A stretch of 63,578 bases of DNA, counting the filler, from Platydemus manokwari (taxonomy: Eukaryota), in assembly GCA_037951405.1 (NCBI GenBank). It is 6 parts of 6 records of this genome, joined end to end, with 100 filler letters (N's around TTAATTAATTAA, not from the genome) between each part and the next. Parts side by side here need not be neighbours in the genome. Positions count along the whole stretch, not along the records: positions 9,469 to 21,171 come from JBBMOY010508886.1; positions 21,272 to 30,071 come from JBBMOY011348094.1; 4 more parts are not named here. The stretch is one strand, 5' to 3'. The notes under the pieces are model-generated. The model ran no database searches, was not told the origin of the DNA, and worked only from the letters and a program-made list of their open reading frames with translations. This document shows, in pieces, positions 12,701-26,200 of this stretch (position 1 is its first letter; each line of letters opens with the position of its first letter). A program made the translations under genes and the position numbers.

Positions 12701-13863
12701 AAGGTTTATTGATACTGCCAGCAAGAAGTTGCAATTAGCTTGTGAGACCACTTGGAATGACTGCTAACTGGGCTCTCAGTTCTTTAGCCCTTTGTTTTTC
12801 TTTTTCTGTTAAAGTCCTCTACAATGATCAAAAACCAAAAGAGATTTCTTCTTCAACAGGCCTCCAGGACGTCTAGACCATACCTTATCGAACCACAAGT
12901 CCATGGGTTGCTGGTCCATCCATCCTTTTGAATAAACATGAATCAATACTCCTGGGGGATTTTGATTTTAGGCAGGGTTTTACATTTGAAGATTAATACT
13001 GGGAGCTATTGGTGCCATCAGCCATATAGGTCAAAACACAGGTAAAATGATTATTTTCATGACTTGTTGAACGAATTACGGTTTTCTTGGCTCCTTTCTC
13101 ATCAATTGTGTGATTATCAGGACAATCCAAATTCAGAAGCGTTTCATCCATATTGCTTATCTGTGACAATTCATAGCTAAATTTTTGCTGGGTATTGATG
13201 ACAAATTTCTGGTAAGATAGGAATTTTCTTCATAAAATCCAGGCATATGTTGGGCTAACTTTGTTCTTGTTCTTATTACCAAATCCAGACGTTTTCTAAA
13301 TATGTAGCACCAAATTGGACCTCTTTGAAACTCAGTGATATCTTGAGATTACGCAATTTTCTTAGCCTCCTGCATGGCCATCTTGATTGAGACTACAGTA
13401 CATCTCTAACGGTGCTCAAGAATCCAAATTTTTATTTCCTCTTCAAGTTTTGGCCACTTTGTTCCATGTTTTGGTGAATGTTGATTCTCTTTAAGCATCT
13501 TCTTCAAATGATCTTCTTGTTTTTGCCATGTCCTGATCATCTTATCAGCCAAAATTCACGTTTTGCAGCTCTATTCCTATTGATTTTGGCAAATTCAACC
13601 ACTTTTAGCTTGTATCTTGCAGTACAGGAATTTTGCTTTTTAGCTATTTTACTGGAATAAGAAAATTGCACACAAATTTGAAATATCAATTTGCGGTGTA
13701 GCAACTGAATTAGAATCAACTGAATAACTGCAGAAAAGTAGCTAATCACATGAATTAATAGTTGATCCAGCAATCTAAGTTGCTGACTACACCTATTAAG
13801 ACCCCCTGGATTTTAGACTGAATTTTTTGCAAAAAGGTAGGTCTTAATACACGTAATCTACGG
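12701..13863 (-). mobile_element. pogo/Tigger (POGK-like: Brinker DBD + CENP-B HTH + DDE_1) transposon, decayed; interrupted by the piggyBac
   Basis: Minus strand reads 'YKLKVVEFAKINRNRAAKREF', 'WPKLEEEI', 'ISNMDET', 'FTCVLTYMADG' and 'AVIPSGLTS*LQLLAGSINKPF|K'. Terminus TA|CCGTAGATTACGTGTATTAAG at 13865-13843. The other terminus was not found. Confidence 0.85.
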
Positions 13864-13889
13864 TAGTTCATTTAATAAATATTTCATTC

Positions 13890-14908
13890 TGTTGGGAAAA
13901 CAACATAGAACGACTAGTGCTCTACTCAGACATTGAGAAGAGCGAGGAGGAAAAAATCCCATCCCTCATTAGCTCTTACAGTGAATGGAGGTAAAAACAA
14001 CAGCAACAACAACAACAGCAACCTGTGGGGAACTAACCAGACCATTTTGACCAACGACATTAACAAAAAATAAGATTAAATTAATATAACATTTTTTTTC
14101 AAATTAAGGAAATTATATTCATAAAATTTTAAAATTTTTTTATTGCATCCAAAAACTAATCGACATTAAAGTTATTAGGAAAATCCACATCAAAATCTAA
14201 ATATAAAAAACCCCGATGAACGGAAAATATAAATAACAACACAAAGTGCAATAAATAGGCACTTGAACTAAAAATAGTAACCTGTGCTGTACATATGCTA
14301 AAATTAGCAACATATGCTATTAAGCATAGAATGTTACCAAAAATAGCAACAAGATGCATGATTCGCAATAAGTCACCAAATAGTATATATACTGGCATAA
14401 ACAGACAGCACTCGCACTTCGACTCATTATAGCTACTAATTTTATGAATATTTCAAGCTATTTTATAACCATTTGAAGCCGCAGAATTTGAAAAAACTTA
14501 TAATTGATTGTATGAAAATTTTTATCCTCCATATCTGAAGAATTTTATTTTATGATGCATTCGACAAGTATATTTTCTCACTATTTTATTAATTACAGAC
14601 CCACGGCTAGTTTTAGACTTGAGGTCTATTAAAATCATATAAGTTCCCCACTTTCAATTTTTTGTCACGAGACTCTTACCCGAGCACCTAAGCGGTACGC
14701 CATTTACTGTTTTCTTAACACACAACTCTTTCCTCCCACAATAACGAACACCGCCTTGAGTGATTTAAATTTATTGCAATTCAATTATCAGTTGTAGATC
14801 AATATATTTTATTTTGTTTTGTTTTGTATTGTTCATTCTATATTATTTATTTATCATTTTTATTTTAAATACTATTTTTATTATAATCATCCGAGTGATA
14901 TGCCAACA
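13890..14908. mobile_element. Possible solo LTR
   Basis: TGTTGG…CCAACA ends and a TATA-like run at ~14384 followed by a GC-richer stretch. No TSD; boundaries uncertain. Confidence 0.3.
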
Positions 14909-17900
14909 ACAACCTCTTATCTGTTTGGAGTCCAGATAAGTTAAAGATCTAGGGCGATTATTATTAATTATATTTAAATCCTTCTGATCAATTTTGTGTA
15001 TTGCTGCATCAAGTTACAAATTGTACATTTGTAATTTGAATTTATAATTACTATATAGACAACCCGACAATCTTTAACAAACCACCTCAGAAAGCCACGG
15101 TCAAATCATCCAAAGAATTCATAGAACCGGAGTTTAAAAAGCCAGTAACACCCCCCCGTAAGACAACAAAGACCCGCTACACCGATTTTCATCAAACCTA
15201 TAAAGCCAAACCCAAAGTGGAAACCTTGGGCCACCCAAAGCTGGAGTGTAGATTTGGATGCCTGATGTTGGCAAGAATTCGAACCGGAATCTGCAACAGG
15301 CAGTTATCTGTGACTGAATTCGATAATTCTACCCAGAAAATTACTTATAAGATAATTTGACTAGCTTGATCAAATCACCTGATTTTTACCTTTTTATCTT
15401 AACCCTTTTAACTTTGCATCTTTCAATTTGATGTGAACAGAATTTGTAGTATTTTTTATGATATGTAATCATGTAAAAAATAAATGATATAAAAACAAGG
15501 AATAAAAAATATATATTATTATAGTCAGGTATGTAAAAATATATATTATTTATAAATCAGATAAGGAATAAGATAGAGTGTAAAAGAAATTTAATATTTA
15601 ATTTTAATGGTTAATTATTTGATAATAAAATTTTTAAAGTCAGACAATTTAATAAAAATTTTAAGTTTAAGAACTTTTAAAAATATAAATATTTAAGCTC
15701 TAAGGTAAAATAATAGTTAAAAATTTCCAAAAGTGATGGAAAACCTAGGTACAAAGTACCTAATCTCAGCGTTTATATAAGCTGATGGATTTCCATCACA
15801 ATTGACTCTCAAAATTTGGTAATTCGAAACCTAGAGCTAACTGATTAGTGAATTAAATATTTTACAATTCGGTTTAAAGCGACAGAAATCTTTGAACAAT
15901 TTTTCGAAATCAATAATTGGTAAAGCATCAACAGAGCTAATATATAAAAATTTTATAAAAAAGATCAATAGTAAACGTTGCACTAAATTCTGAAGGATCT
16001 CTCTTCAGAGTAATATTGTAAAATCTACATTTTTAAATAAAACAGAAATCATAGTTGGGTTCCCACGATCTCGGTAAGATTACCTTATCAATTGGTTATT
16101 TTTCAATTAATTGATTGAGTTAATCATTGTGAGAAAATTCTATTGTATTGTAAATTCGTGTTTTATTAATAAAGTTTATAAATAACTCGTGTGTAGTTGA
16201 TACATCGAAAAATTAACAAGGGAACTCATGCTGTTGAGTTGAAAGTACAACATTTGAACATCACATACAACTCAACAATTCAAATTTTTAAAAGCGGCAT
16301 GTTTTATGGTTATTTATTAATGATGTCGTGGTTACTTTCTAGAAATCACGTTATTAAGATGGATATCAAATGCCTATTGTCGAAATACCATAACAACAAC
16401 TTTCCCATAAATTTATAAAATTTCCTTAATCAATATTTTATTGACTATATTAACATGTATCTTATTAATAAAACGGTTTCTGTGTTGTGGCTATTATCTA
16501 CTCGAAAAATTGTAATTGTTTCTTCTTATTAAGTGTTAATTAATTTGTTTTATTGAATTTCCTCTCAAATTCTTACTAATGACTTGATCACACAAATTTT
16601 TATTTCTAATCAAATTTTATTAATTAGATATACGAGATTTTATTTTAATCACATAAGATTTAATTTTATTACAGTTTCCAAAGAAAATTTATCGTGTTTG
16701 TAATCCAGAAAATGATTTAATACTTGAATTACAAATTTTGACTTGAAATTAACTGTTGAAATTAACTGTTAGTCTTGATGACTAACAATTTTCTTTTGGA
16801 ATGAATAATGTGCACTTGACCATGAATATTCTTGTGTAATTTTTATTGTGTTCGAATGAATTCCTTGTACTAAAAGCTGAGAAATATTCGTTAGAACGGT
16901 AATGTACAACTCCACTGTCCTTGTTTCTCTGTCCCAATTGTGTAAGCTTGATTTTCTTTAGTTGCTTCAATCATTTCCTTGATTCCAAATGTGTGGTTTC
17001 CTTGTTATCTGATCATGTGCCAGAATCAGTCCTTATTGTGTCATTATTGAACAGGAACAAAGGTCTCTCAACAGGGCTTTGTGTGAAAGCAAGATTTTCT
17101 GACAAAGCCCAAATACTAATTGTAAAATTTTTAAATTGTCATATTTTTATTATATTTATTGGAGATCTAGTGCTCCAAATACTTACAATAAAAATAAATT
17201 AATTAGAAAAATTAATTAATAGAAAATTTTTTATGAATGGGCTATTTGCTATAAATGGACAATGCATTAAAAATGGCTTCAAGAAGCGTGGAATTTTATT
17301 ACGATAAATGAAATTTTTTTCCTTACATTTTATTGTCTTCAAGGACACTAATACAATAAAATTTTGTGAAATATTCTTGGAAGTAAGAAGAAATAAGATT
17401 AAATAGTAAGATTATTAAAGCAAATTAGTGTTGGGATTTTGAGAAAATGACTAAATCAAGCTAAATTTTGTATGACTTTGTGTACCGATTTTTATAACAA
17501 TTGTATTTCCCTGCACGACAATATGTATAATATGTGTATTAATTTCTATTGTAATCTTTTTATCTTGAATATTTTTTTTTAAATTTGACAATTCCTGGAG
17601 GGCATTAGTAAAGTCATTTTATTAAAATGGTATGTATAAGATAATATATTGGACATTTATATTAATAACTTTCCACAAATATTTTATGATCAAAAAATAT
17701 AAATACCCCTACAACATAAAACAAAACTCAAAGCACTAAAGCCCAAACATAATCCCAGTTAAGCACATTGATCCTGAGTATGGACTGCGTCGATGACCAA
17801 ATCAAATTCGAGGATGCTCGGACAAACAACTCAAGCTCGCAACCAAGTGACAATATTTGACACTGATCCATGTTTGCTTAAATAAACATTCTGTTTTGAA

Positions 17901-17978
17901 TACTGATATCGCTTTTTGCTTAGCATTAAACATTTTGGCTATTATTATTAAGTGTTTTAACTATTATTTTTTATATCA

Positions 17979-18988
17979 TGTTAAAATCTAGCAGCGTGGA
18001 AGATGAACGGTACGGAGAGATATTTTTAATAATGAATAATGTAATTAATAATAAGTAAAATAATAAATAATAAAATGGATAATAAATAACAAAGAAAAAT
18101 AATGGCATTAATAATAAATATTAAAATTAGGGAAAGGAGCAAACAATAAATAACAAAGTTAAAAGAAGAAAAGTTAATAATAAGAAAAGTCAATTGAAAT
18201 AGATAATAAGCTAGAACCCTTAAATTATTCAGTTGAATAGGCAGATAGGCCTATGAGAAAAATTGATCAAAACAGAATTCAATGTGCAAAACGGTGAGAG
18301 AAAAAAAAAGGTTAAAGTGTCAAAAATCGGCATGAAGAGCCGTGAGAAAAATAGGCAGGACCAGGCACGTATAAATAGCGGCGCTGGTCATAGAACAACA
18401 CCCACAATAACTAGCGACAGCCGCACAGCCACAAAGAATCAATTCAATTAAGAAGAATCATTTTGATTTATAATTCTATAAATTCGGACAGATCATTTTA
18501 AGTTATTCGTAGACGCTTTTTGAAGAGATATTTTGAGGAAGGAATTTTTCCAGCCTGACGCTAGGTATTACCAGCGAGAGAAATTATATCGAGGACATAC
18601 ACTAATCATTGGATTTTTCTGTGGAGCGATTTTTATCAACAGTAATAATTACTCCTTTTTTCTCTAAATCTGTTAGTAATCATTGATCACGTAACAATAA
18701 TTATTAATTACAGTAACAATTTATTTAATTCTATTTACGCCTTATTCCGTTTATAACCCATAACAGTGGATGTTAATTTTATAATTAATTTTGTTGAAGT
18801 GTTATAACTTTCTCCGCATTATTAATTTCTTCGTCCGTTGTCCGGATTATCTGTTAATCGCTAAGGCGAGGTACGGGATATTATTAGAAACTTTTGTGTT
18901 CTTTTTAATATTAATTGTTTGAATTCATTTTTCATAAATAAAAGCTTTTGAAACCCATAGTCGCGTTCGTTTTTGCTATATTATTACA
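17979..18988 (+). mobile_element. Candidate solo LTR (~1.0 kb)
   Basis: TG…CA ends with imperfect 15-nt inverted termini (TGTTAAAATCTAGCA / TGCTATATTATTACA, 12/15). Internal TATAAATA at ~18370 and AATAAA at ~18937; GC-richer than flanks. No TSD seen. Confidence 0.55.
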
Positions 18989-21900
18989 AAGATCCGTCAC
19001 GACTGAGAATTGATTAGGAGTTGAGAAGTTATACAGTTTGTCATAACTTAACACTATTCATTAATTACAAGAAGCGGCTTTATTAACTCCATATTATTAT
19101 TTCAGGCTCAGAGCGACTCAGTATCCTCTGTGCTACAATTCTAAATTAATATCAAATTCATTTCCAACAGCTTGGTCTTCAATACCGGTTGTTGAAGCCA
19201 CTTTAGGACCAGTCAAATTATATAAAATTATTTTAAAACAACAGTTTATACCAACCAACATTTCATTTAATAATTTTGATAGAGTAGAATAAATTTTTAA
19301 AGAATTTATTTTCTAAATTATTATCATCAGAAACTTTTTGAGGTTGTAAAGCTAGTGTTTTAATGTCGATATTTTAATTTTAATATTTAATCTTAAAAAA
19401 AACTTTTACAAATACCTGCAATGTTTGAAGGCGGTTTGAGATTCAAAAATAATAGCATTCGACTTATTTAAATTTGTTATCGTTGTTTCTGATAGATTCA
19501 AATATAAATTTATAAGTCTTTTTGTCTAATTTCCTAACCATTTTTATAGAAAAAATTTATGAAAAATTGATAAAGTTCACCTTTGACTTGGTTATCAGCT
19601 ACGGTAAGCTATTTTTGTCGTCATTTTTAGTACTTTTATCTTTTCTTTCTTTATTCATATATTATGACTTATTTAATTTTATTTAAATACTATTTATTGA
19701 ATTATAAACATTATTATGTCCACCTTTCTTTGCAGTTAACAATTTTCTTAATCCATAAAACAATTGTATTGAATTATCGACATTATGTAAATCGTTAACA
19801 TATGTCTGACGTGCTTGAAATTGCTAAATCTTGAAGTGCGGTGACTTCTACAGATGAAATTTTACTTGCTTATATTTTTATTTTTTGTTTAATTTTTGGT
19901 AATTCCTTTAAATCTTCAATATATTTGAAAGCTTTATATTTTCGAGCTTGATGAAGATTTTTTAATTCTAAAATTTTAAAATAATTATTAACATCATTTA
20001 TATTATTTAGTCATCAAATGATAATACCCAATAAATAATTAGTATCTCAATTTCCCCAGATGATGATATTGTTACCATAATTTTAGAGTTATTTATATTT
20101 AACCTTTGAAAATCTTTCTTGTCCAAACATATATTCAATCAATAAGTCACAAATATAACTGTTTTAAATGACAAGCGGATTTTATTATAGAAACGGATTT
20201 CACTAATTATGTGCATGGACAATCTTTATATTTTTAGAATTAGATTTCATAACTACTTTTATGGAGTTGTCATATAAATTTCAAAACTTCTTTTATTGCT
20301 CAAAGTTTCTTCTAATTAATCTTATTCTAAAAATATTTTAATTATACCTTGAGCTTTTAAACCCATGATATAAAATTTGATATTTTTATTGGTATAGAAA
20401 ATTTTGAAAATTTTATTATGTTGTTTTGATTTAAAGACTGAGGGTTAATAACATTTTAAAAATCAATCATAAACCATTTTTAGGTTCAAAATGAGTAAGC
20501 TTTTTTTGAAATAAAGAAAATTTTAAATCTATTAAAGCGAAACACGAAAACATTAAATATAATATAGATTGCATGAGCACGAATACGAATCATTTGAATG
20601 ACTGGACTATGAAAAGTATTAATGGTACAAATAGTAGGAGTAAAAAGACGAGTAGTGCGAGTATGAATCATGCGAATAAATATGAGTACTTAGAGTAAGA
20701 TATAAGGTTTTGATTTTGAAAATTAAAACGTTTATTAGTAGTAACCACAGGAAGATGAAGTCAAAAGAGAGTCAACAAAGATTCAACAAGCAAAGTTATT
20801 AAATAAATTTTCCCTTTGTTGCCATTCTGTTAAATTTAATTTAAAAAGTTAAAATCTATTTTAAAATAATGTAGCACATAATTTTAATGCTCTGGGAACA
20901 AAATTCCAAGCACATTTACAAAGTTATGATGAAATTATTAACCACTATAATGAGATTGAAGAACAATAAATAGAAATTATGATATAGCTATTTACATTAT
21001 GTACATTATATTTCTAAAAATCGATCTGTTCTGATGTTAAGATGATAAAAATGAATGAATGATTTTATCAATTCAGCATTTATGGAAAAATTGAACAGTT
21101 TTATAGTTGAAAATATTATGAAAGAAAATTATGCTACTGGAGAGGAATCATTAAGGATAAAAGAGCAAAATNNNNNNNNNNNNNNNNNNNNNNNNNNNNN
21201 NNNNNNNNNNNNNNNTTAATTAATTAANNNNNNNNNNNNNNNNNNNNNNNNNNNNNNNNNNNNNNNNNNNNTACCATTATNNNNNNNNNNNNNNNNNNNN
21301 NNNNNNNNNNNNNNNNNNNNNNNNNNNNNNNNNNNNNNNNNNNNNNNNNNNNNNNNNNNNNNNNNNNNNNNNNNNNNNNNNNNNNNNNNNNNNNNNNNNN
21401 NNNNNNNNNNNNNNNNATTTTTGTTGTTGTTATTATTACTATTATTATTACCTTCATCAAAAACCACAACAAATATCCACTCACTAAAAAGATAAAACCA
21501 AAAATGTAATTGACTTTAATACATATTAATTTTCATCCTAGTATAAACATGTAGCAATAAGGTCTTCACAAAGAAAGAAAGCGATATTAAAGAGACTTCA
21601 ATCAAATTCGAATTTTAAGGTCCTGAAAAGCAATTATATACAAAGACTCATAAAATGGACATTGATGTATTTTTCATTAATTTTCTTGTAAATACTTAAA
21701 TATTAGTTTAGTACATTAGAGAATACCTATATTCGAGAGATATAGATTACCGAAAATTTAAGTATTTATATTTCATCTTTAAATTGTTTGATGATATATA
21801 AATTTTATAATTGCTGATACCGTTATCATACAAACATTCATAATAGCAAAAATCTAATGGCCTGAATAAACTTTCTCGGCTATTCCAGTGTTACTACCTT

Positions 21901-22555
21901 AATTGTTCTTAAACCTAGCCCTTCATCATCATCATAATGATGATTATTATTATTAAATCTCTTATGAGTGAAAATATTTCAGACAGTAATATATAAATCC
22001 ACTGCACGTGAAAATCTATTTAACGATAATTAGAAATGAATATTAGACCAAATTCAATGTATGCATCTTCTAGTTTTTGTTGGTATTTACAGTCATATAT
22101 GTTTATATAAATTCACTCATATTTATGAATTCCATTATCAGTGAATTTAAATTAGTATATTAACATCGCAGTAATGAGATCTGTATTCAGGCTTAACTAT
22201 GGGATAAGAAATTTGGTAAAAACAATTTAAAGTCTCTGTTAATTCTACTGTAATGCAAGAATTGCTGCCCATTTTATTATAGTATATATAAATTGGACTT
22301 CAATCCCTAAATAGAGTGACTAATCTTACATTTTCATATTTCTCATAATGTTTAACAGCCACATTGGTATTGCAAATTAAAAATCGACAAGAAATTAATC
22401 CATGGTTAGCATATGCTTTATTGTTTTTTTAGTTTTGCAAATCAAGCTTGGAGAAAAATTGTACACATTTAATGAACAAGATTACTGTAAATACCAAGTT
22501 AAATTATAATAATAATTCAGACATTTTTGCAGTAAATATTAATTTATTTGAGTAT

Positions 22556-23288
22556 TGTTGGATTTCTATTTAAACTTCGTTTAATCGAAATCTTATTCTT
22601 AAAGATTCGATCTAAAATATTTATAAGAAATACAATAAAAATTAAAAACCTTATGATTTAATAATCCAATAAATGCAAAAATCGAAAAGACCGAAATTGT
22701 AGTCGGTCATGGAAAAAGTCTGAATAAGTTAATGAGGTAATAAGTAAATATTTTTTGATATGATATGGTAATGTTAGGCAGGTCAACAAAACAGCCAAAA
22801 TATGCATGAAACCATGGAAATAACCCTTAAAAGGTCGACACACACAGATTCAATAAACGAATGTGACAACAGAGAATCAGATTCCCTCCGATATCAATCC
22901 GTACTTAGAAGTTAATAATCGACTGGCGCATACCAACAAATGGCAACAAGCACCAATATTCGCCAATGGCACGACAGATGTAAGAAAAATTACTAACATA
23001 TGCATGTACGAACAAATTCAAAAAATGAAAAAAACGAAACTCCCGGATATCAAACGGACACACACAAAAGGTCTGTAAAAGAAGTTGGATTCCAGGAGCA
23101 TCTGCGATTCTTTAAGTCGTTAACCTTCATTCTGTTCTTTGACTTTTGTGCGATTTTTCTGAAAACCAGTCTTATTGGTTGACTTCTGATCTGTTATATC
23201 TGTTATCTGTTTTATTTTAATTGTACCTATTGATGAGTCGAACCTGTGGTTCTGTAGTATAAATTGTAATTTTCAATTATACCCAACA
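22556..23288. mobile_element. Candidate solo LTR (~730 bp)
   Basis: Starts TGTTGG, ends CCAACA; flanks GTAT / GTAA (near-perfect 4-bp TSD); GC-richer interior. Confidence 0.5.
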
Positions 23289-26200
23289 GTAATGATAATG
23301 CAGCCATCCTTAAATTATATGTGAGTGCTACTTTTTTTTCTTTATGCATTACAAGCTAAAATTGTTTGCAAAAATTTAAGATCATATAAAGGTAAAATAA
23401 TAATTTTAAATATTATAAAAAGAAATTTTAAGTTTTAGGTTTAAAAAATCATTTGTTGCGTTCCAGCATATGTTAGCCACATCTGTGATAGACATTTAAA
23501 TGTTCTCTTACTATTGTCAATAATTATTTGTTATTAACGATTTATTTGCTGGACCATCAGATTTTTGCTTTTAATATATTTATGAATACCCAAATTAATT
23601 TCTTATAATCGAAGTGATTTTTCATAAAAAACCAAAAATAGGACAAAAAATAAAATAATTTTATAAACATTCAATTTGACGAATATAAATTCAGCTTGAA
23701 TCAATCCAATACTGCAATAAGTGGAGTCCATTAAATATTTAGAAAGTGATTTATAACACACCAAAGTGTTTTTGTAGTTAATTCAAAAATCATGAAATGA
23801 AAGTTCAGCTTATTAATTTAATTTCCTTTTGAAATATTTTTATAGTCGATGACCTTTTTAACTAAATTATTATTTTTATCCGAAAATTTTATCCGAGTTG
23901 AAGGCACTCAGAGAATCAAAGTCATCTAATATAGTCTTTGTTTTTATTACCTCAATGATATGATTCAAGTTAGATTATTATTTTTATCCGAAAATTACGG
24001 TCGTTTTCATTGTAAATACTCAATAAGAATCTCAAATTTCACACTTATTCGAAATAATGCCATCTTATTTAGTTTTTATCTGCAAATAACTTGCTATAAA
24101 TATGGGCGACATTTACTGAACATAGACTTTGGTGTAGAAAACATTTTTCTTGAATTACTTGATTTTTTCGTTGATGAAAATATGAATTTGTAAACTTCTA
24201 AAAAATGATTTTTCAATCGATTCTTTTAGTAAAACGTTGTTTATGAAATAATTTTGAAATGATAATTGTAAAACTAAGCTTTCATTAAATTTCGGATGAT
24301 CATCATCCAAAAGAACTTTTCTTGGGAAAGATGAAATCTTTTAAACCGGAATGGTGTTTCTTTCCTGGAATATTTTATTCTCCAATCAAATGATCATAAT
24401 TGATTGTTTCCTTTTTGTAGAGAATTCATTCGATTCAGGCGACCATTGATGGAAATCATTGATGAGATTGAATCATAAAGAATGATTCGTTAATTATATT
24501 TAATTATATTTATAATTAATTGTATTTTTTTTTAATTTTAGAATAAGAAAATATTTATTTTCAAAGGTATTCCAATATCGAAGATAAGTGATAAAGAAAT
24601 AAATTTTGAAAATCTTAAAATGAATAATGCTGTAGTTATTTTATGTTTTCGTGAAATGAATAGTAAAGACATTTTTATCGAAAGGAAGCAAATTCGAATC
24701 AAAACGGTTTATTGTGGGGAATAAAACTCGAGCTTGGTCGAATAAGAAGTCATTTCTGATTGCAATATTATTGTCTAATGATTAAAACAAACCAAATTAA
24801 TACATTAAAATTTGAAGCTTGGTACATTGAGAGTAGTCTGTTTAGCTAGTATTGAACTCATTGCCCAAAAATGCCTGATTAAATGAAAGGTATATGCTTC
24901 TAATTATAGACCATTGGGTCAAATTGGATTTCACAGTTTAAAGCCAAAATCCACAAATATAATTATCTACGAAGAGCTAATTATATAATTTTTAACTTTT
25001 AAAACAACAGCGACTTCAACAAATACAATGAATTGTTTTTCAGTTTTACTAATTTGATTGAAAAATCCTTTGAAACAGTGACAACAAAGATTCCCACAAC
25101 AATCAAGAACGAATGGTCCAATTCCATACAATATTAAAGAATCTTAACAGAAACCCTAGGCTTTCAGAATGCCAGTTTATTGAAAATAATGTAAAGCAGT
25201 AATATATTTTTATATATTTCATAATATTTTAATAAATTAAAAATTATTTTTAATTAAAAAATTTTAAATATCATCTTTATATTTGAAAACCCACACACTT
25301 CAAATATGATTTTATTTGCTTTCAGTTATTACCATCCAATTATTTGTTTTATCGGATTGCCATCAAAATGTCAAAAAACACTGAAATTTTATCAAACTTT
25401 TATAGAAATATATACTACATACTATCACCCTTTTAAATATCAAAATATGATTTGATAAATCGAGCATGGATCAATACTTTGTTCTAAGTTTTTAATGATA
25501 TTACATCTGAGAATTTTGACGAATTTATTTGATTCTTTACGATTTTTCCATGAATGCAAAATTATTAAATTAATTTCAAATAATTATTCCAATAATTTTA
25601 AATATAAGAATTTTAATTTTATAGGTATAGTGTATCGAAATTTTTTGAGTTCTTAAAAGTAGGAATGCAGAACGATTCTAAATAGTAACAATTGACATTC
25701 TACAAGCAGGTTATTGTATAATTTATCATTAAAAAGAAATAAAGTAATAGCTAGAATTATGTAAAATGATATTGACAAATAAATTATATATCTGTCACTG
25801 TAAGACTGATCACGCAAAAAATCAATCAAATTTAGAAAACATAAGAAATTTAAAATTTAGTCTGTTATTAAAAGGTAAAATTAAAATCCATAAATTCATA
25901 ACGATATGAAAGAAAAACGCTGATGAAAAATTATTAGAAAAAATTATCAGGTTTTTAACTTTGTCACATATATTTAGGCTATATAAATATAACCGTTAAT
26001 AAATTTTCTAAAACAGCATGTGATTGTTGAATGTTTTAATTTTATTTAAGCAATACCAACATGAAATGCTGTGATGGAACCAAAATCCAATTAAAATCAT
26101 GGAGAGGTCTTAAATTCATATCTATCCAACATTGATGCAGAAAATAATTAAACAGGTATGTCGATGAATTATCTGTTGTGTTCAGCAACCATTTGAACGC

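Noticed and set aside
15060-15330. GC-richer block possibly part of the retrotransposon 5' region
   Set aside because: Only vague similarity to 40380-40500; no protein motif.
24542-24724. About 60 open codons after a TTTTAG acceptor
   Set aside because: No recognisable protein and no compatible neighbouring exons.
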